This document shows, piece by piece, positions 45,824-60,556 of a stretch of 64,000 nucleotides of DNA. The position numbers and the translations under genes were made by a program. The number at the start of each line of letters is the position of its first letter. Positions within the stretch are counted from its first letter, which is position 1. A model generated the notes under the pieces. The model was given only the letters and a program-made list of their open reading frames with translations. It was not told the DNA's origin and searched no databases. This DNA is from Eledone cirrhosa (Eukaryota). The stretch is taken from positions 42,718,001 to 42,782,000 of the forward strand of contig OZ024749.1 of assembly GCA_964016885.1 (NCBI GenBank), read 5' to 3'.

Positions 45824-45878
45824 GAGATCTAGCTGTCGAAACGGCTGGAGCTCAGCCGTCGGGATCCTGACTCTTTTC
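45821..45878 (+). mobile_element. Family D variant fragment
   Basis: GTC-GAAA-CGGCT ggagctc AGCCG-TC-GGGATCC. Confidence 0.65.
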
Positions 45879-45899
45879 ATATATATATATAATATATAC

Positions 45900-45930
<31 letters not shown>

Positions 45931-45995
45931 TATATATATATACATATATATATATATATTATATATATAAATATATATAGAAATATAGATATATA

Positions 45996-46033
<38 letters not shown>

Positions 46034-46161
46034 AGAATTAAAATACTCGAGTTTGTTGGAGTTAAACACCCTCTTCGTATTATAGAAATGACAGTAAAAG
46101 TATAGCTCAATGTAATTAAACAGAGCCGAAGAATTATGAAAATATATATATATATATATAT

Positions 46162-46462
46162 ATGGAAAGTTATATTTAAAATTGTTGGGTTACAACTAGT
46201 AAATATTTATAACTGATATAAAAGCACTCGACAAATATTTGGAGTATATTTACAATATTAAATAAATGGAAGACTGCCAGCTCAACCTCTTCAAATGCAA
46301 GTCGGTGTTGTTACGGTATGTCGAATCTATTTATCTATAAAACTGTTTATATTGTATTTTGTCTGAGGAAGGCATAGCATATTGTTAATATGATATCCCC
46401 GAAATATATATAATGAAATAAATATGGTTTTATAAATATAGTTTCCATTTATTTAATATTGT
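46162..46462. mobile_element. Family F two-part inverted insertion
   Basis: Tail on -, HHR arm on +; relatives at 51061-51310 and 57001-57172. Confidence 0.75.
46356..46420 (+). ncRNA. Minimal hammerhead (family F)
   Basis: ATTTTGT-CTGAGGA-AGGCATAGCATATT gtt AATATGATATCCCC-GAAA-TATATA-TA-ATGAAAT. Confidence 0.7.
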
Positions 46463-46784
46463 ATATATATATATATATATATATATCCACAACCACATAA
46501 AGAGAAAGAGTGAGCAAGAGAGAATATTTAATGGGTTTGCATGTATTGTACAATATGACAGTGATATTAACGTATTTGTATTCCTATGTCTGATTGTATA
46601 TGTAACTAAGGCGTTTGGTCTGTTCTGTAATTATAACAAAACTACAACAACCACATTTAAAAGCTTCAGGTTCAGTCACTAGAATAACATCTACAGAAAT
46701 AGGACAGTGTCCTAAATGATGCTATAGAAATATCTGGAAGATTAGACATCACAGTAACCATAACATGTCATTAACGGCAACAAC

Positions 46785-46823
<39 letters not shown>

Positions 46824-47016
46824 TGTATGTGTGTGTTATGGACAAATGATAAAATGATAAAAGCACCGATTATTTAACAAACTCTTTGTGTGTATATTAA
46901 GAATTTTGTATGTACAAAATATTATGTCAATAATGTCACTTCCCTGTTGAAATAATTAGAGTATATTAATACACACGTACAAACATCATATACATACAAC
47001 AAATTACAGCAATAAC

Positions 47017-47087
<71 letters not shown>

Positions 47088-47187
47088 TATGTATGTATGT
47101 ATGTATGTATGTACGTATGCATGTATGTATGTATGTATGTATGTATGTATGTATGTATGTATGTATGTATGTATGTATGTATGTATG

Positions 47188-47742
47188 TATCTCACGGTCG
47201 TTGGCAACTAAACTGGCAATCCCACCAAGGTTTCTTGGTGAGGAGGGTGACTTTGGACATCCTGCAGGACTAAAAACAAAACCTGTCAAACGGCAAAAGA
47301 GCTCTTAAGAGTCAATGGCCATCCAGAATCACCAGGAGAGATGACCCCTTAGCCTTTGTCAAGGCAGAATTCTAGGAGAAGGAAAACTCTGATATAACAC
47401 CTGCAACCCTGATGGTATCCAATGATGTTGACTTGTTCTTCTTTTTGGTAAATATCATCTTGGTTAAGAGAGTGGGACTGGCTTTGTGCAGTGCCTTTGC
47501 CCACTAAAAAAGCTTCACGGCACAGGCATTGCTTTATATCTGAAGATCTCTCTGCACTTGTCATCACATGGTACCATGGGCCCAGCACTATGTGTCAATA
47601 ATTGTCACAAGTGTAGTGTTTGTACCAGAGTTTTCAAGTCGCTGGCTGGACTAAAAAGTCACACTCGTTCAGCGCATCTGTAGGGGTTCTCCTACATGGA
47701 TATAAAGTAGTGGCCGTACTCGAAAACGAGTTGGCAGCCACC
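47188..47742 (+). mobile_element. Internally deleted RTE-like non-autonomous retroelement
   Basis: RTE 5'UTR-like motif GGAGAAGGAAAACTCTGAT; terminal C2H2 finger CSVCTRVFKSLAGLKSHTRSAH-stop (47683); no RT in between. Confidence 0.6.
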
Positions 47743-47766
47743 ATATATATATATATGTGTGTATAG

Positions 47767-47940
47767 GATTTAATGTAGAATTCTACAGGACTAGTACTGT
47801 TTCATTCTTATGATATCATCAGGAATGAAACAGTTATAGTCCTGTAGAAGCCATTTCTATATTAAACTTTGATGTTTTCACTCTACTAATATATTGAGTA
47901 ACTTATTTACTGTGGTTACCCACGATTTAACTCCGGATCT
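47767..47940 (+). mobile_element. Family E palindrome; HHR with canonical CTGATGA at 47781-47825 (-)
   Basis: Revcomp TTC-CTGATGA-TATCataaGAAT-GAAA-CAG tactagtc CTG-TA-GAA. Confidence 0.75.
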
Positions 47941-48136
47941 ACACACACATACGCACACACGCACACGCACACACACACACGCGCACACATATACGGACAC
48001 ACACACACACACACATATATATATGAAAACATTCAAGACGGTCGGATTCCCGAAGTTTTTCATATTACTCACTCTACTATCCCAAGCATTGAGTAATCTG
48101 GTGAGTAATGGTCTAACTGGTTTTCACCGCCTCCAA

Positions 48137-48185
<49 letters not shown>

Positions 48186-48190
<5 letters not shown>

Positions 48191-48323
48191 TTTCTATAGC
48201 ACTAGAACTGTTACATTCGGGAGAAATCATCAGAAGCCATATCTATATTAAATGTTTATACTCTGCTATGTATTGAGTTCCTTACTTACTGTGGTTACCC
48301 CCGATTGAACCCGGGATAAACTT
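48186..48323. mobile_element. Family E two-part inverted insertion
   Basis: Similarity to 24865-25055. Confidence 0.7.
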
Positions 48324-48692
48324 ATATATATATATGACGAGTGAGAGAGAGAGAGTGTGTGTGTGTGTACATCTCTATTGATTCCAGATTTTTGTTTATA
48401 TAACCATGTTCCTTCTCTTCAATAGAATATATGAAAACCGAGTAACCGGAATGTTAAACGATGACTCTACGAAGGATAGTTTATTCATAGCTAATTCATG
48501 AAAGGCAACAGCTGGTTAATATTGAGATCATTAGTGACATTCACCCATCTGTTTATCAACCTATTAATCAAATATTCCATTTATGTTTTTACATATTAAT
48601 ATGCTTAGCTATCTGAGTATAAACCCATCTATATCGACCTACATTCAGCAGTCATTTTGACATACACACACACACACATAAAACCCACAGCA

Positions 48693-48778
<86 letters not shown>

Positions 48779-49403
48779 GAGTAATAATAAATGTGAAGAC
48801 TAAAATCCGAAGAGGGCTCGATAAGGATTATATCTCGTTAAGGATGAAAGCAGTGATTCTTTGTTTACATCTTCTTAGGGGAACACTGAGATATATAAGA
48901 AAATATCCTCTTATAGTGGTACCAAGCTTTATGTGGCATGATCACAGCTTAAATACTCATAATAGGACTATATGTTCATATAACCATTTATTCTTAACCA
49001 CATTATGTTAGTGATACGGGAAATGAACTAAAATGCAGTGCGTTTGAAATAGCAAACACCGGAGCATCATTTAGGATAGCTGTATTGGACTAACTCTATT
49101 GGACTAACTCTATTGGACTAACTCTATTGGACTTGAGTTTAGTTAAAATAAGGTAAAGCAAATTGAAAAAAACAGGAGGTGGGGGTCTTAATAAAAGTCT
49201 AACAGCCGTTTCAACACGCACCTACACAGGTACAATTCTTGACGCAAATCTGTGATAAGTGTTCAAGAGCATGTTACTGGAGAAAAGCCGTTGAAAATAA
49301 TTAATAACTGTGAAACACACACTATCTTACAATTAAGATAGTCGGCATGAATCTCACGTAATGAAACTGTGAAAAGTTATAGAATTAACACACACACACA
49401 CAC

Positions 49404-49469
<66 letters not shown>

Positions 49470-49809
49470 GGTTATATACACGGTCAAATGTATACAGTGC
49501 ATATGTGAAAGTATGAAAGTAGAAGCAAATATAAGCCACCGTACACTAACTGTATATTGATGAGTTGAAATAGAAATGAAATATTTTACTTATATCTGAA
49601 TATGGTCATCATCGCCACACTCCCCAGACAAGTCTGGCAATGATATGGTAGCTAGCTAATTAATTCCACTGGAATGTAAATTATTCGCCACGTGCTAATT
49701 ACTTGCCAGTTTGGAAGTGTAATTAGTACAAATTGACGTGTACTAATAGGTATACAGTCTTTCTACAGTCCACTCATCTATTAATTATAGGAAGGGAAAA
49801 AGAAAAATG

Positions 49810-49859
<50 letters not shown>

Positions 49860-49918
49860 ATGTGTGTATGTGTGTGTGAGGTATGTGTGTGCGTTAGTGT
49901 GTGTGTCTGTGTGTGTTA

Positions 49919-50012
49919 GTCCCGGGTTCAATCGGGGGTAACCACCATAAATAAGGTACTCAATACATTATTAGAGTATATACAAAATCTAATATAGAAA
50001 TGGCTTTTACAG

Positions 50013-50071
<59 letters not shown>

Positions 50072-50192
50072 AACAAGTATGACCCCAACGGCAGAGCTCA
50101 ATACTTGTTCCTATTACCCACTCTACTACCCTAAGTATTGAGTACTTTGGTGCGTTATGGTCCATCTGGTTCCTTACCACAATTCCTTCGTT
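49919..50192. mobile_element. Adjacent family E tail (49919-50017, -) and family D inversion (50068-50192) separated by (TA)n
   Basis: Family similarity. Confidence 0.75.
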
Positions 50193-50239
50193 ATATATAT
50201 ATATATATATCGCGTTCTTGAGACTAGTAAAATGAGGTA

Positions 50240-50329
50240 TCCTCTTGATAAGTCGGCAGACCTCGCAGGGACTCTATATCTTTATGATGTATTGTTTTTG
50301 TTTATGCCACGAAACTACGTAGTCGAGGA
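50240..50329 (+). ncRNA. Type-I hammerhead with U3-A8 core and GUC site
   Basis: TCCTC-TTGATAA-GTCGGCA..TGCCAC-GAAA-CTACGTAG-TC-GAGGA. Confidence 0.75.
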
Positions 50330-50568
50330 ATCTAGGAGCAGTTTAGGTATGATACATTTTATTACTAATTATATCTAAATGTTTCTTCTCTCTTCATAAT
50401 GTATTTTTAACTCTGATACTGGTTCAGTCTAGTTCAACCGGATTGGTCTGTCCCGGTCATTCATTGAGCAACATCGGTGAGGTTGGCACCCTTAACTCAC
50501 GGTTGGGTGTGGATGCATTCATGTATATGTGTGTGTCCGCATGTATCTGTGTGTTTCTAAATATATTG

Positions 50569-50616
<48 letters not shown>

Positions 50617-50692
50617 TCGTGTGTGTGTGCGTGTGTGTAAATTATTGTTTTCTCTTGTCTTTTACTCCACTGACACCACTATGGCTTGTGTC

Positions 50693-50759
50693 AGATGCTG
50701 TGACCCCGGATTGACCAGCCATACTGTCTGTAGGGGTCGAAACTGCCACAAGTCTATCT
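50693..50759 (+). ncRNA. Hammerhead relic with core deletion
   Basis: AGATG-CTGT-GACCCC..GGGGTC-GAAA-CT gccaca AG-TC-TATCT; all three stems pair but the core is 3-4 nt short. Confidence 0.45.
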
Positions 50760-51201
50760 CCACGGCTGAAGACTTGAGAGCTCTTTGACTTTCGTTTGTC
50801 TAGAACCGGAAAAAATAGAGCAAGGCACGACATTCCCACTGAAGCTAATCCATCCCTCTTATTTGATAATGTATTGCCCCGAAATAATGTAAAGTAGAGA
50901 TGGCCTCGGTGAGATTTGAACTCAGAGTACAGAGAGCCGAAACAAATATCGTAAGGCCCTTAATAGAATTAACTTAATTCGAAATCCGAAATTAACTGAG
51001 GCTATCCTTGGTGTTATTGTGTCACAATATAGCTTTTTATATCTCTATCTCTGTATATATATAAGCAAAAGAGATATTCAATTAGTCAGTAATTCAACAA
51101 ATATAAATGTTTATACCTGATTCAGAGCACTCGACAAGTTTTCTAGAGTATAATATTCAATGATATTAAATAAATGGAAACTATATTTATAAAACCATAT
51201 T

Positions 51202-51262
51202 TATTCTATTATATATATTTCGAGGGTACCAAAACTTTGGTGTGCCCTCATCAGATAAAATA
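51202..51262 (-). ncRNA. Minimal hammerhead (family F relative, element ~51061-51310)
   Basis: Revcomp TATTTTAT-CTGATGA-GGGCACACCAAAgtTTTGGTACCCTC-GAAA-TATATA-TA-ATAGAATA. Confidence 0.8.
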
Positions 51263-51306
51263 CAAAGTTTGTTTTATAAATTTTGACATAACTAAGAAAA
51301 GATACC

Positions 51307-51383
<77 letters not shown>

Positions 51384-51850
51384 CATGTGGGTGTAGTTTT
51401 CCCAATTTTGTTTAGCTTTTATGTAAAGTACTACAAAGCTTAAGATTTATACGTAGTAGTACTTTGTGTAGAAGGAAAACATACTGTTAAGCTTACTATA
51501 CATTTCATAAAATGTTTCACACACACACACACATATACATATGTTATGTGCATATCTATTTACATGTATATATATATATATGTTTTTGTTTGTATATATA
51601 TATATATATATATATAATAATTTAGAGTTTACACTCAATGGGGTCATTTACAATTATTTTAGCTCTAAGAATCATTTCTGAGCAGTATAAATTAACATAT
51701 GATAAACACTTACGTGTTTTTGTTGTAATTGACAATAAAATAGCTAGAATGAAATATCTTAATTCAAATACATATAGTCTGCCTGTGTCGATCTAAAAAA
51801 TAATAAATCAATACTCACAAACACATATCGGCAAAAGGCCTTTTAATTTA

Positions 51851-51921
<71 letters not shown>

Positions 51922-52671
51922 AACAAAAACAGACACAAATGAGCCATAAGTAGCTTAATAACTGTGTATGTGTATGTGTGCGTTTGTGTGTGTGTGTGTG
52001 TGTCTGTATGTCTGTACGTGTGCATTTGTGTCTATGTGTGTCTGTGGGTCTGTATGTGTGCCTCTGTGTCTGTGCCTGTATGTGTGCCTCTGTGTCTGTG
52101 TTTGTATGTGTGCCTTTGTGTCTGTGTCTGTATGTGTGCCTCTGAGTCTGTATCTGTATGTGTGCCTCTGTGTCTGTGTCTGTATGTGTGCCTCTGTGTC
52201 TGTGTCTGTATATATATATATGTATGTATGTATGTGTGTATCTGCTATCTCACTGTTCTCTATCTTCTCTGATCTCTCTTCTAAATACCAAACCCAAACC
52301 CATCTCTATTAATCTATCAGCTTTTAACCTGATGTTAATTTCCCTTCCCTTATTTTTTTTTCCTACTCTCAGGTAATGCTTTCTTCTTGTTGTTGTTGCT
52401 GCTGTTCTTTTTCTTCTACTACTAATACAACTAATACTAATACTAATACCACCATCACTAAATAGTACCATCCTCTATTTCTCGCTACCCCACCCCCTTC
52501 AAAGAAAAAAAAAGGGAAGAAACAAATACGAAACAACCAACAAAACGAGAGATGTTCGTCTTATACACGTGCTGTTCACCTTTCCCCCGATAAAACATGA
52601 CCGCTCCGCCTATCTGCTGGATTTTGAAACGCCGACGGAAGCAACCCACCCCAAACAAATTAAACAAAAAC

Positions 52672-52711
<40 letters not shown>

Positions 52712-53190
52712 CTGCAACTACAACTAGAAGAAGGTAAACAACAACATCATCAACATCAACAACAATGAAAAGCGTTACCTTTTAAAGATGTATAAAGAAC
52801 TACCACATCCTAAGTATTAACAATAACAATTCGAAAGAACAAAAACACGCCGGTAGTGCTGCCAGAAAAGGCACCGCCATAGCCAAGACAATATCATTCT
52901 ATAAGAACGTCTTTCAATCTAAAAACCATTAATTATTTTAGCTCCTGTTTATCGTAAATGCAAGAGCATATGCCAAATATTTCTTTTCAGCTTCGTTAGC
53001 ATGGTTAGGTAAGCATCGTTAGCAATCGTTAGCAAATTGATATCAGAGGTGTGTCTTACACTAAACACCTGGAGAACACACTTGAAGTTTAACATACTCC
53101 AGATATCTTGGAAATTAACTACAAATTATATATTTATATGCGAGATTATACATCTCTCTCCCTCTCTCTCCCTCTCCTTCTCTCTGTATG

Positions 53191-53231
<41 letters not shown>

Positions 53232-53801
53232 GCCTATATATGTGTATATATTTGCATACATCTACATATATAAATAAGCACACATAGACACATGTATGTA
53301 TGTAGCTAAGTATGAATGTATATACACACACACACATATATATATGTAAATAACATCGACCAAGACTAACGGTAATTCTTTACTTATCCTACGTAAGATT
53401 CTGAAAAAAAGAAAAAAAAAAAAAAAAAAAAAAAAAAATCAGTGTAAACTGCTTAACCTTTTCCTGTTAGCCTTTCTAAAAGAACGTAAACTTATCTCCA
53501 GCAAAAATGTTTTTTATACAGGGTCAATTACTTGAACTATTGTATATCTGATTTGACCTATACGTCAAAATGTATACTGCGCTAGCTTTTACGTATTAAA
53601 AAAAAAATCCTAGCGGCAATTTTCAAAGAAAAAGGGACATAACTCCATGAACTTAGCAATTTAATTTCACAGAAAACTGAATTCGTATGATTATCGAAGA
53701 TATCCTGTTTTTCATAGGAAGTAAGATGGAAGCATCATTCTGTGGACAGTTGTTCAACAAAATACTTGGCGTTGTTTGAAGCGATTTTAGAAAACATTAC
53801 T

Positions 53802-53838
<37 letters not shown>

Positions 53839-53843
53839 CTGTT

Positions 53844-53906
<63 letters not shown>

Positions 53907-54040
53907 CTCTGTGTCTCTGTGTGTATGTGTGTATAAATATCTTATTTATGTATGTATCCCTCTTATATATGACAATATTACTAACACGAAACCAGTGACT
54001 TCAAACCGAATATACACCACTTTCTACATACCACACGTCT

Positions 54041-54096
<56 letters not shown>

Positions 54097-54137
54097 TATA
54101 TATATATATATATGAGTGAATGCGTATGCATATATAT

Positions 54138-54175
<38 letters not shown>

Positions 54176-54220
54176 ATATATATATATATACAATACCATA
54201 TTACATGTATCACATATTTT

Positions 54221-54264
54221 CTGTATACATATAATGTTTCGTTGTATTTTTTTCCTCAGTAAGT
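54221..54264 (-). ncRNA. Possible degenerate hammerhead
   Basis: Revcomp CTTA-CTGAGGA-..-GAAA-CATTATATG-TA-TACAG; stem II not paired. Confidence 0.35.
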
Positions 54265-54706
54265 CGAACATGCCAGAAGTGTGAAAGTGAAGTCTGAATG
54301 GCTTTAAATTAAGCTCCATAACAATATTGATGAAAGAAATCTCTTAATATCTCTTCTCAAAGATTTAGAAAGAGAAAAAAATGATAAGAAAAGTAAACAC
54401 TGTTGTTACATGGTCTCTTAATGATACAAAACATACACTTACGTACAAATACTTGCACACGCACATATATATATATACACCTTTATATACACACACACAC
54501 ACACATATATATATTATATATATATATACATATATATATACATATATATATACATATATATACACATATATTCATATATATAGTTATATATACACATATA
54601 TACTTATATACATATATATATACACATACACACACATATATTCATATATATAGTTATATATACACATATATACTTATATACATATATATACATATATATG
54701 TACACA

Positions 54707-54755
<49 letters not shown>

Positions 54756-55450
54756 ATATATTTACCCGTACTGATATATATATATGCACATACTCACACA
54801 TGAAAACACACAATACATACATACAAACACAAAACATACAAATTAAAATATAAAAAGCACATTAAAAAAACATGCAAAAAACAAACAACGCCAAAGGAAC
54901 AAATAAAAAATGAAAAACCACCACCACAACAACACCACCAACACCAACAACAACAACAACAAACAAACAACATCCCCCCCCCCCAAAAAAATACAAATAG
55001 GTTTAAAACAAGTGTAGCCTCAAATGTAGCCTCGATAACCCTTAACAAAATAGCAATTAATTATTTATCACGTGATTTGGGGAGCCATTTTGGAATTAAG
55101 TTTTGACAACGTGTCTGTGCATAAGACGATCGGCTCATAAAGAGGTGACGAGAATCACGTTTCTGTATGAGATGTCCAACAGACAAACATAGTAGAAGGT
55201 TAATAAAGAAATAGCCAAAATAAACAAAATAAACAACTCAAGCAGAACAATGTACGTCTACTGCCTGAGGAATTATGAAACTTATTATATAGAATCACTG
55301 AAGAAACAGAACTCACTCTTTCATTTTTTTATATAGTTGCTGTTGTTCTTGATTGTTGTTGTTGTTGTTGTTGTTGTTAAATACTACTGTAACGATCTGT
55401 TAGTTACAAAGGAAGTGTAACAGTTTTGTATATATAACACACATACAGAC

Positions 55451-55485
<35 letters not shown>

Positions 55486-55487
<2 letters not shown>

Positions 55488-55682
55488 CGAAGGAAGTGTG
55501 GTAAGGAACCAGGTGGACCATAACGCACCAGAGTACTCGATACTTACGGTAGCAGAGCGGGTAATAGGAAAAGAGTCAGGACCCCGACGGCTGAGCTCCG
55601 TCCGTTTCGACAGTTAGATCTGTTCAGATCTAGCTGTCGAAACGGCCGGAGCTCAGCCGTTGGGGTCCTGATTCTTTTCCTA
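55486..55682 (-). mobile_element. Family D variant palindrome with tail
   Basis: Arms centred at ~55623; TA flanks. Confidence 0.8.
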
Positions 55683-55906
55683 TATATATATATATCAGGT
55701 AAATGGGAAACGTCGGCGTATGGGAGCTGTTAGAACAGCAAAATGTCGCCGAAGTGGCGTTGGGTATAATATTACTCCAAGGACAGAGATCAGCGGTTAG
55801 ATATGTGTTGACTCGACTTAGATGTGTGTTGACTCGACTCGAAGGAAGGAAGAGAAGATAGGAAAAAGAAAAAAAATGTATGAGTGAACAGGTCACACAC
55901 ATTATA

Positions 55907-56090
55907 TAATTGTTTCTACTTTAGGCACAAGGCCAGCAAATACCCAGTGCATTACTGGTACTTTATTTTATCGACCCCGTAAGGATGAAAGGCAAAGTTA
56001 ACCTCGGCGGGATTTGAACTCAGACTGTAAAGGGACGTAACTATGCTAGAAAGCATGGCGTCCGAACCTCTACCGATACTGGCAATACTG
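55907..56090 (-). mobile_element. SINE family 1 copy
   Basis: Full-length match. Confidence 0.85.
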
Positions 56091-56113
56091 CTCTTCAGAT
56101 CTCAACCTCGTAT

Positions 56114-56155
<42 letters not shown>

Positions 56156-56305
56156 ATATTATATATATATTATATATATATATATTATATATATATATAT
56201 TATATATATATTATATATATATATATTATATATATATATATATTATATATTATATATTATATATATATTATATATATATATATATATTATATATTATATA
56301 TATAT

Positions 56306-56336
<31 letters not shown>

Positions 56337-56501
56337 ATATATATATATATTATATATATATATATTATATATATATATTATATATATATATATATATATT
56401 ATATATTATATATATATTATATATATATATATTATATATATATATTATATATTATATATATATTATATATATATATATATTATATATATATATATATTAT
56501 A

Positions 56502-56539
<38 letters not shown>

Positions 56540-56578
56540 GTTTCTACGTTTGGCACATAAATAAATATATATATATAA

Positions 56579-56654
<76 letters not shown>

Positions 56655-56801
56655 AAAGGTAAACAGAAACAACACAATCAGTACAGTATATGGAAGGTAT
56701 ATATTAGGTTAACGCCTGAAAGAGCAGGAAGAGGGTTTTAACGTTTCGGACGGGCGGGGTGGAATTGGAAAAAATGTCTTTAGATAAAAATAACAAGTCC
56801 A

Positions 56802-56999
<198 letters not shown>

Positions 57000-57000
57000 G

Positions 57001-57169
57001 ATATTAATAAAGGGAAACTATATTTATAAAACCATATTTATTTCATTATACATATTTCAGGGATACCACATTAAATTATGGTATACCTTCTACTCCAAAA
57101 ACTTGTCGAGTGCTTTATATCAGTTCTAAAAATATTTACTTGTATCCCAACAACTTTAAATAGAACTTT

Positions 57170-57172
<3 letters not shown>
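57001..57172. mobile_element. Family F two-part inversion, HHR truncated in the core
   Basis: 57001-57090 is the HHR arm on -, 57091-57172 the tail on +. Confidence 0.7.
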
Positions 57173-57220
<48 letters not shown>

Positions 57221-57224
<4 letters not shown>

Positions 57225-57347
57225 TATATTAAGGCTAAATAGTGAGTCATGTTACTGCAGTTTAACCTGTTTATCACAGGCTCATCAGACAGGAACAAAC
57301 TATTTCGGCAGTGATTACTCTTTTTTCTCAGCCGTCAACCACATACG
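57221..57347. mobile_element. Family I two-part inversion; HHR at 57247-57294 (-)
   Basis: Revcomp TCCTGT-CTGATGA-GCCTGT gataa ACAGGT-TAAA-CTGCAG-TA-ACATGA; tail matches 18460-18503. Confidence 0.75.
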
Positions 57348-57400
57348 AGAGAGCGAGAGAGCGAGAGAGAGAGAGAGAGGGAGAGAGAGAGAGAGAGAGG

Positions 57401-57441
<41 letters not shown>

Positions 57442-57453
57442 CGAGAGAGCGAG

Positions 57454-57502
<49 letters not shown>

Positions 57503-57661
57503 GAGAAAGACATACTTCTTCAGGATGGCATTGCTACAGCAATCGACACGAATTCTGGATTAGTGGTTTATTTTTCGAACTAGGATAATATATATATGAC
57601 CTCAATGGCATTTGAACTGAAGGCACAGGGAGTCACAGCTAACCTACGTTCTAGCCAACTT

Positions 57662-57697
<36 letters not shown>

Positions 57698-57917
57698 TGA
57701 GTGTGTGTGTATATATATATATATGAGTGTGTGTATAAATATATATATACACACATACACACATGGATATATATATATATATATATATGTATAATGTGCG
57801 TATATATAGATGGCGGATTATATATATACACACACACATGCATGTATGGTTGTATATGTTTATGTACGTGCGTGGGCGCAGATACACACACACACACATA
57901 CACACACACACATACAT

Positions 57918-57955
<38 letters not shown>

Positions 57956-57981
57956 CTTTTAGGAAACGAACAAGCGTGTAC

Positions 57982-58015
<34 letters not shown>

Positions 58016-58062
58016 GTACACGCATGTTCGTTTCCTAAAAAATATATATATGTGTGTGTGTA

Positions 58063-58119
<57 letters not shown>

Positions 58120-58128
58120 ATGTGTGTG

Positions 58129-58204
<76 letters not shown>

Positions 58205-58639
58205 TCCGTCTGCACACACGTGTGTGTATGCTTGAGCGGCACACTTCCATTTGATAAGAAAATGGCATACCATTAGATATGGCTATCTTATCTTAAATAT
58301 AGCGGTGTTGGTTTCCAGTGTGGCACGCTTTCACAGAACACCAGCTGATAGGCTGAGAACAGAAACAGCCACCGTAAATGATAGCGCTTTAAGTAAAAAC
58401 AACACCGAAAAAAGAAAATCAAGTATACAAAAAAACAAAAAAACAAAAAAACAAAAAAAAACAATAAAATAATGAAAACAAAAACCCAGCTAGAACAAAC
58501 AAAAAAATAGAAACCCGGAGAAGTAAATAAAAAATTCTACTGAAAGAGTTGGGAATGTTATTCAGTCAAAAGACATCACTGCATCCTTTTTTACACGTTC
58601 ACATAGACACACATATATACATACACACACACACACACA

Positions 58640-58680
<41 letters not shown>

Positions 58681-59119
58681 ATACGTACATATACAGACAC
58701 ACATACATACGAACATATACAGACACACATACATACGTACATACACACACAAACACACATACATACGTACATACATACATATACGTGGACACATGTACAC
58801 ATGCATACGTACATGTATGCATACACAAACATACGTACATACATGCACATGAAGGTTGCCCCCCTCTTTATCGAGTATACATATACGTACATATATACAT
58901 ACTCACATATATATACATACGTACATATACATATACGGCATACATACACAAGCTCACACTGAGAAAGACATACACACATTAAAACGTGTTTTAAAATACC
59001 GCAGTATTTAACAAACATTAACAGAACTCTCAAAACTGGTTGGTAGAGTGTAGAAATATATTTTCTAAGTAGAACATTGACAGTGACTTCGAAGTTTCAG
59101 CTTAGTTTTTCTCTCTCTT

Positions 59120-59160
<41 letters not shown>

Positions 59161-59161
<1 letters not shown>

Positions 59162-59565
59162 GTAGGAGGTGAGTTTTATTGTAGTACAATAAAGCAATGC
59201 AGATATCGGATAAGAAGCACTCTACAGTTTGTAGGACTGGAGTATACATAATATATAAGATCAAAAGATGGTTAAAGGAGTTCCATGTATTTTATTATGC
59301 GCATTTCAAAAACAAACATCATCATGCAATAATATTTGTGTTTTCATCAGATAAAACAGGAGAACATGATATGAAGGCTAAAAAACACTTGTGGATAGTG
59401 CAAATATGTTGATTTAAAACTGCACTATCCACAAGTGTTTTTTAGCCTTCATATCATGTTCTCCTGTTTTATCTGATGAAAACACAAATATTATTGCATG
59501 ATGATGTTTGTTTTTGAAATGCGCATAATAAAATACATGGAACTCCTTTAACCATCTTTTGATCT

Positions 59566-59575
<10 letters not shown>
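59161..59575 (-). mobile_element. Family G palindrome, ~155 bp apparently identical arms (59248-59402 / 59421-59575) plus 85 bp tail; HHRs at 59290-59356 (-) and 59467-59533 (+)
   Basis: Direct inverted repeat (the ORF track shows the same peptide on both strands); TA flanks. Confidence 0.9.
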
Positions 59576-59604
<29 letters not shown>

Positions 59605-59607
<3 letters not shown>

Positions 59608-59698
59608 GGTGTTCCCCCAAAATGTATAAACACTTTGATTACCTGTACAGGCAATATTTATTGAAATGCTGTTGAAGTGTGTTTACATTTTTTGGGGA

Positions 59699-59702
<4 letters not shown>
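59605..59702. mobile_element. Tc1/mariner MITE copy
   Basis: Matches 34105-34205. Confidence 0.75.
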
Positions 59703-59749
<47 letters not shown>

Positions 59750-59997
59750 TATATATCACCATTTCTCCCGAATGAAGCAGTTAAATATTTATACCCTGTT
59801 ATGTATTGAGTACTCTACTTACTGTGGTTGCCCCCGATTGAACCCGGGATGAAGTATATACACTGTATATATATATATAGTTCATGATATATATAGTTAG
59901 ACCTCCTTAGTATAGGTCCTCACTGAAATAGAACCCCTGATCAGGAGCTCCACCATCTCTAATACCTTCTACTAGGCCACGGTGACGGCTCTCTCTC

Positions 59998-60116
<119 letters not shown>

Positions 60117-60516
60117 TTATTTATATATATATAGATATATAATTGAAATCTCTTGCATACATAAATGCTCCGTTAATAAAAATGACAGTATATTTATTAA
60201 TTTCCACAACGTCTGTCACTACTAATATTTAGTTGGAATGTCTTTTGAAATTTCAAAATTTAATTAAGTACAAACTATATCTACCTCTTCCTCCACCCCT
60301 CGCCTCCGAACTGACATCAACAACAATATCAACATCATGAATTTTAAAGTAAAGTAAAGTAAAGTGAAGTGAAGTGAAAAAAAAATCTTTATATATCGAA
60401 TATTCTGTTTTTAATCCTATTAAATTAAATTAAAACTGATATGTACGCCATGTATATATGTGTATTGGTTCTGAGAGAGAGATTATACTGTATATGATGA
60501 GCAGTTTATTATTATT

Positions 60517-60556
<40 letters not shown>

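Noticed and set aside
52560-55100. Promoter-like motifs (CACGTG, CGGAAG, TCACGTGA, GCCATTTT)
   Set aside because: Short motifs with no associated gene or transcript evidence
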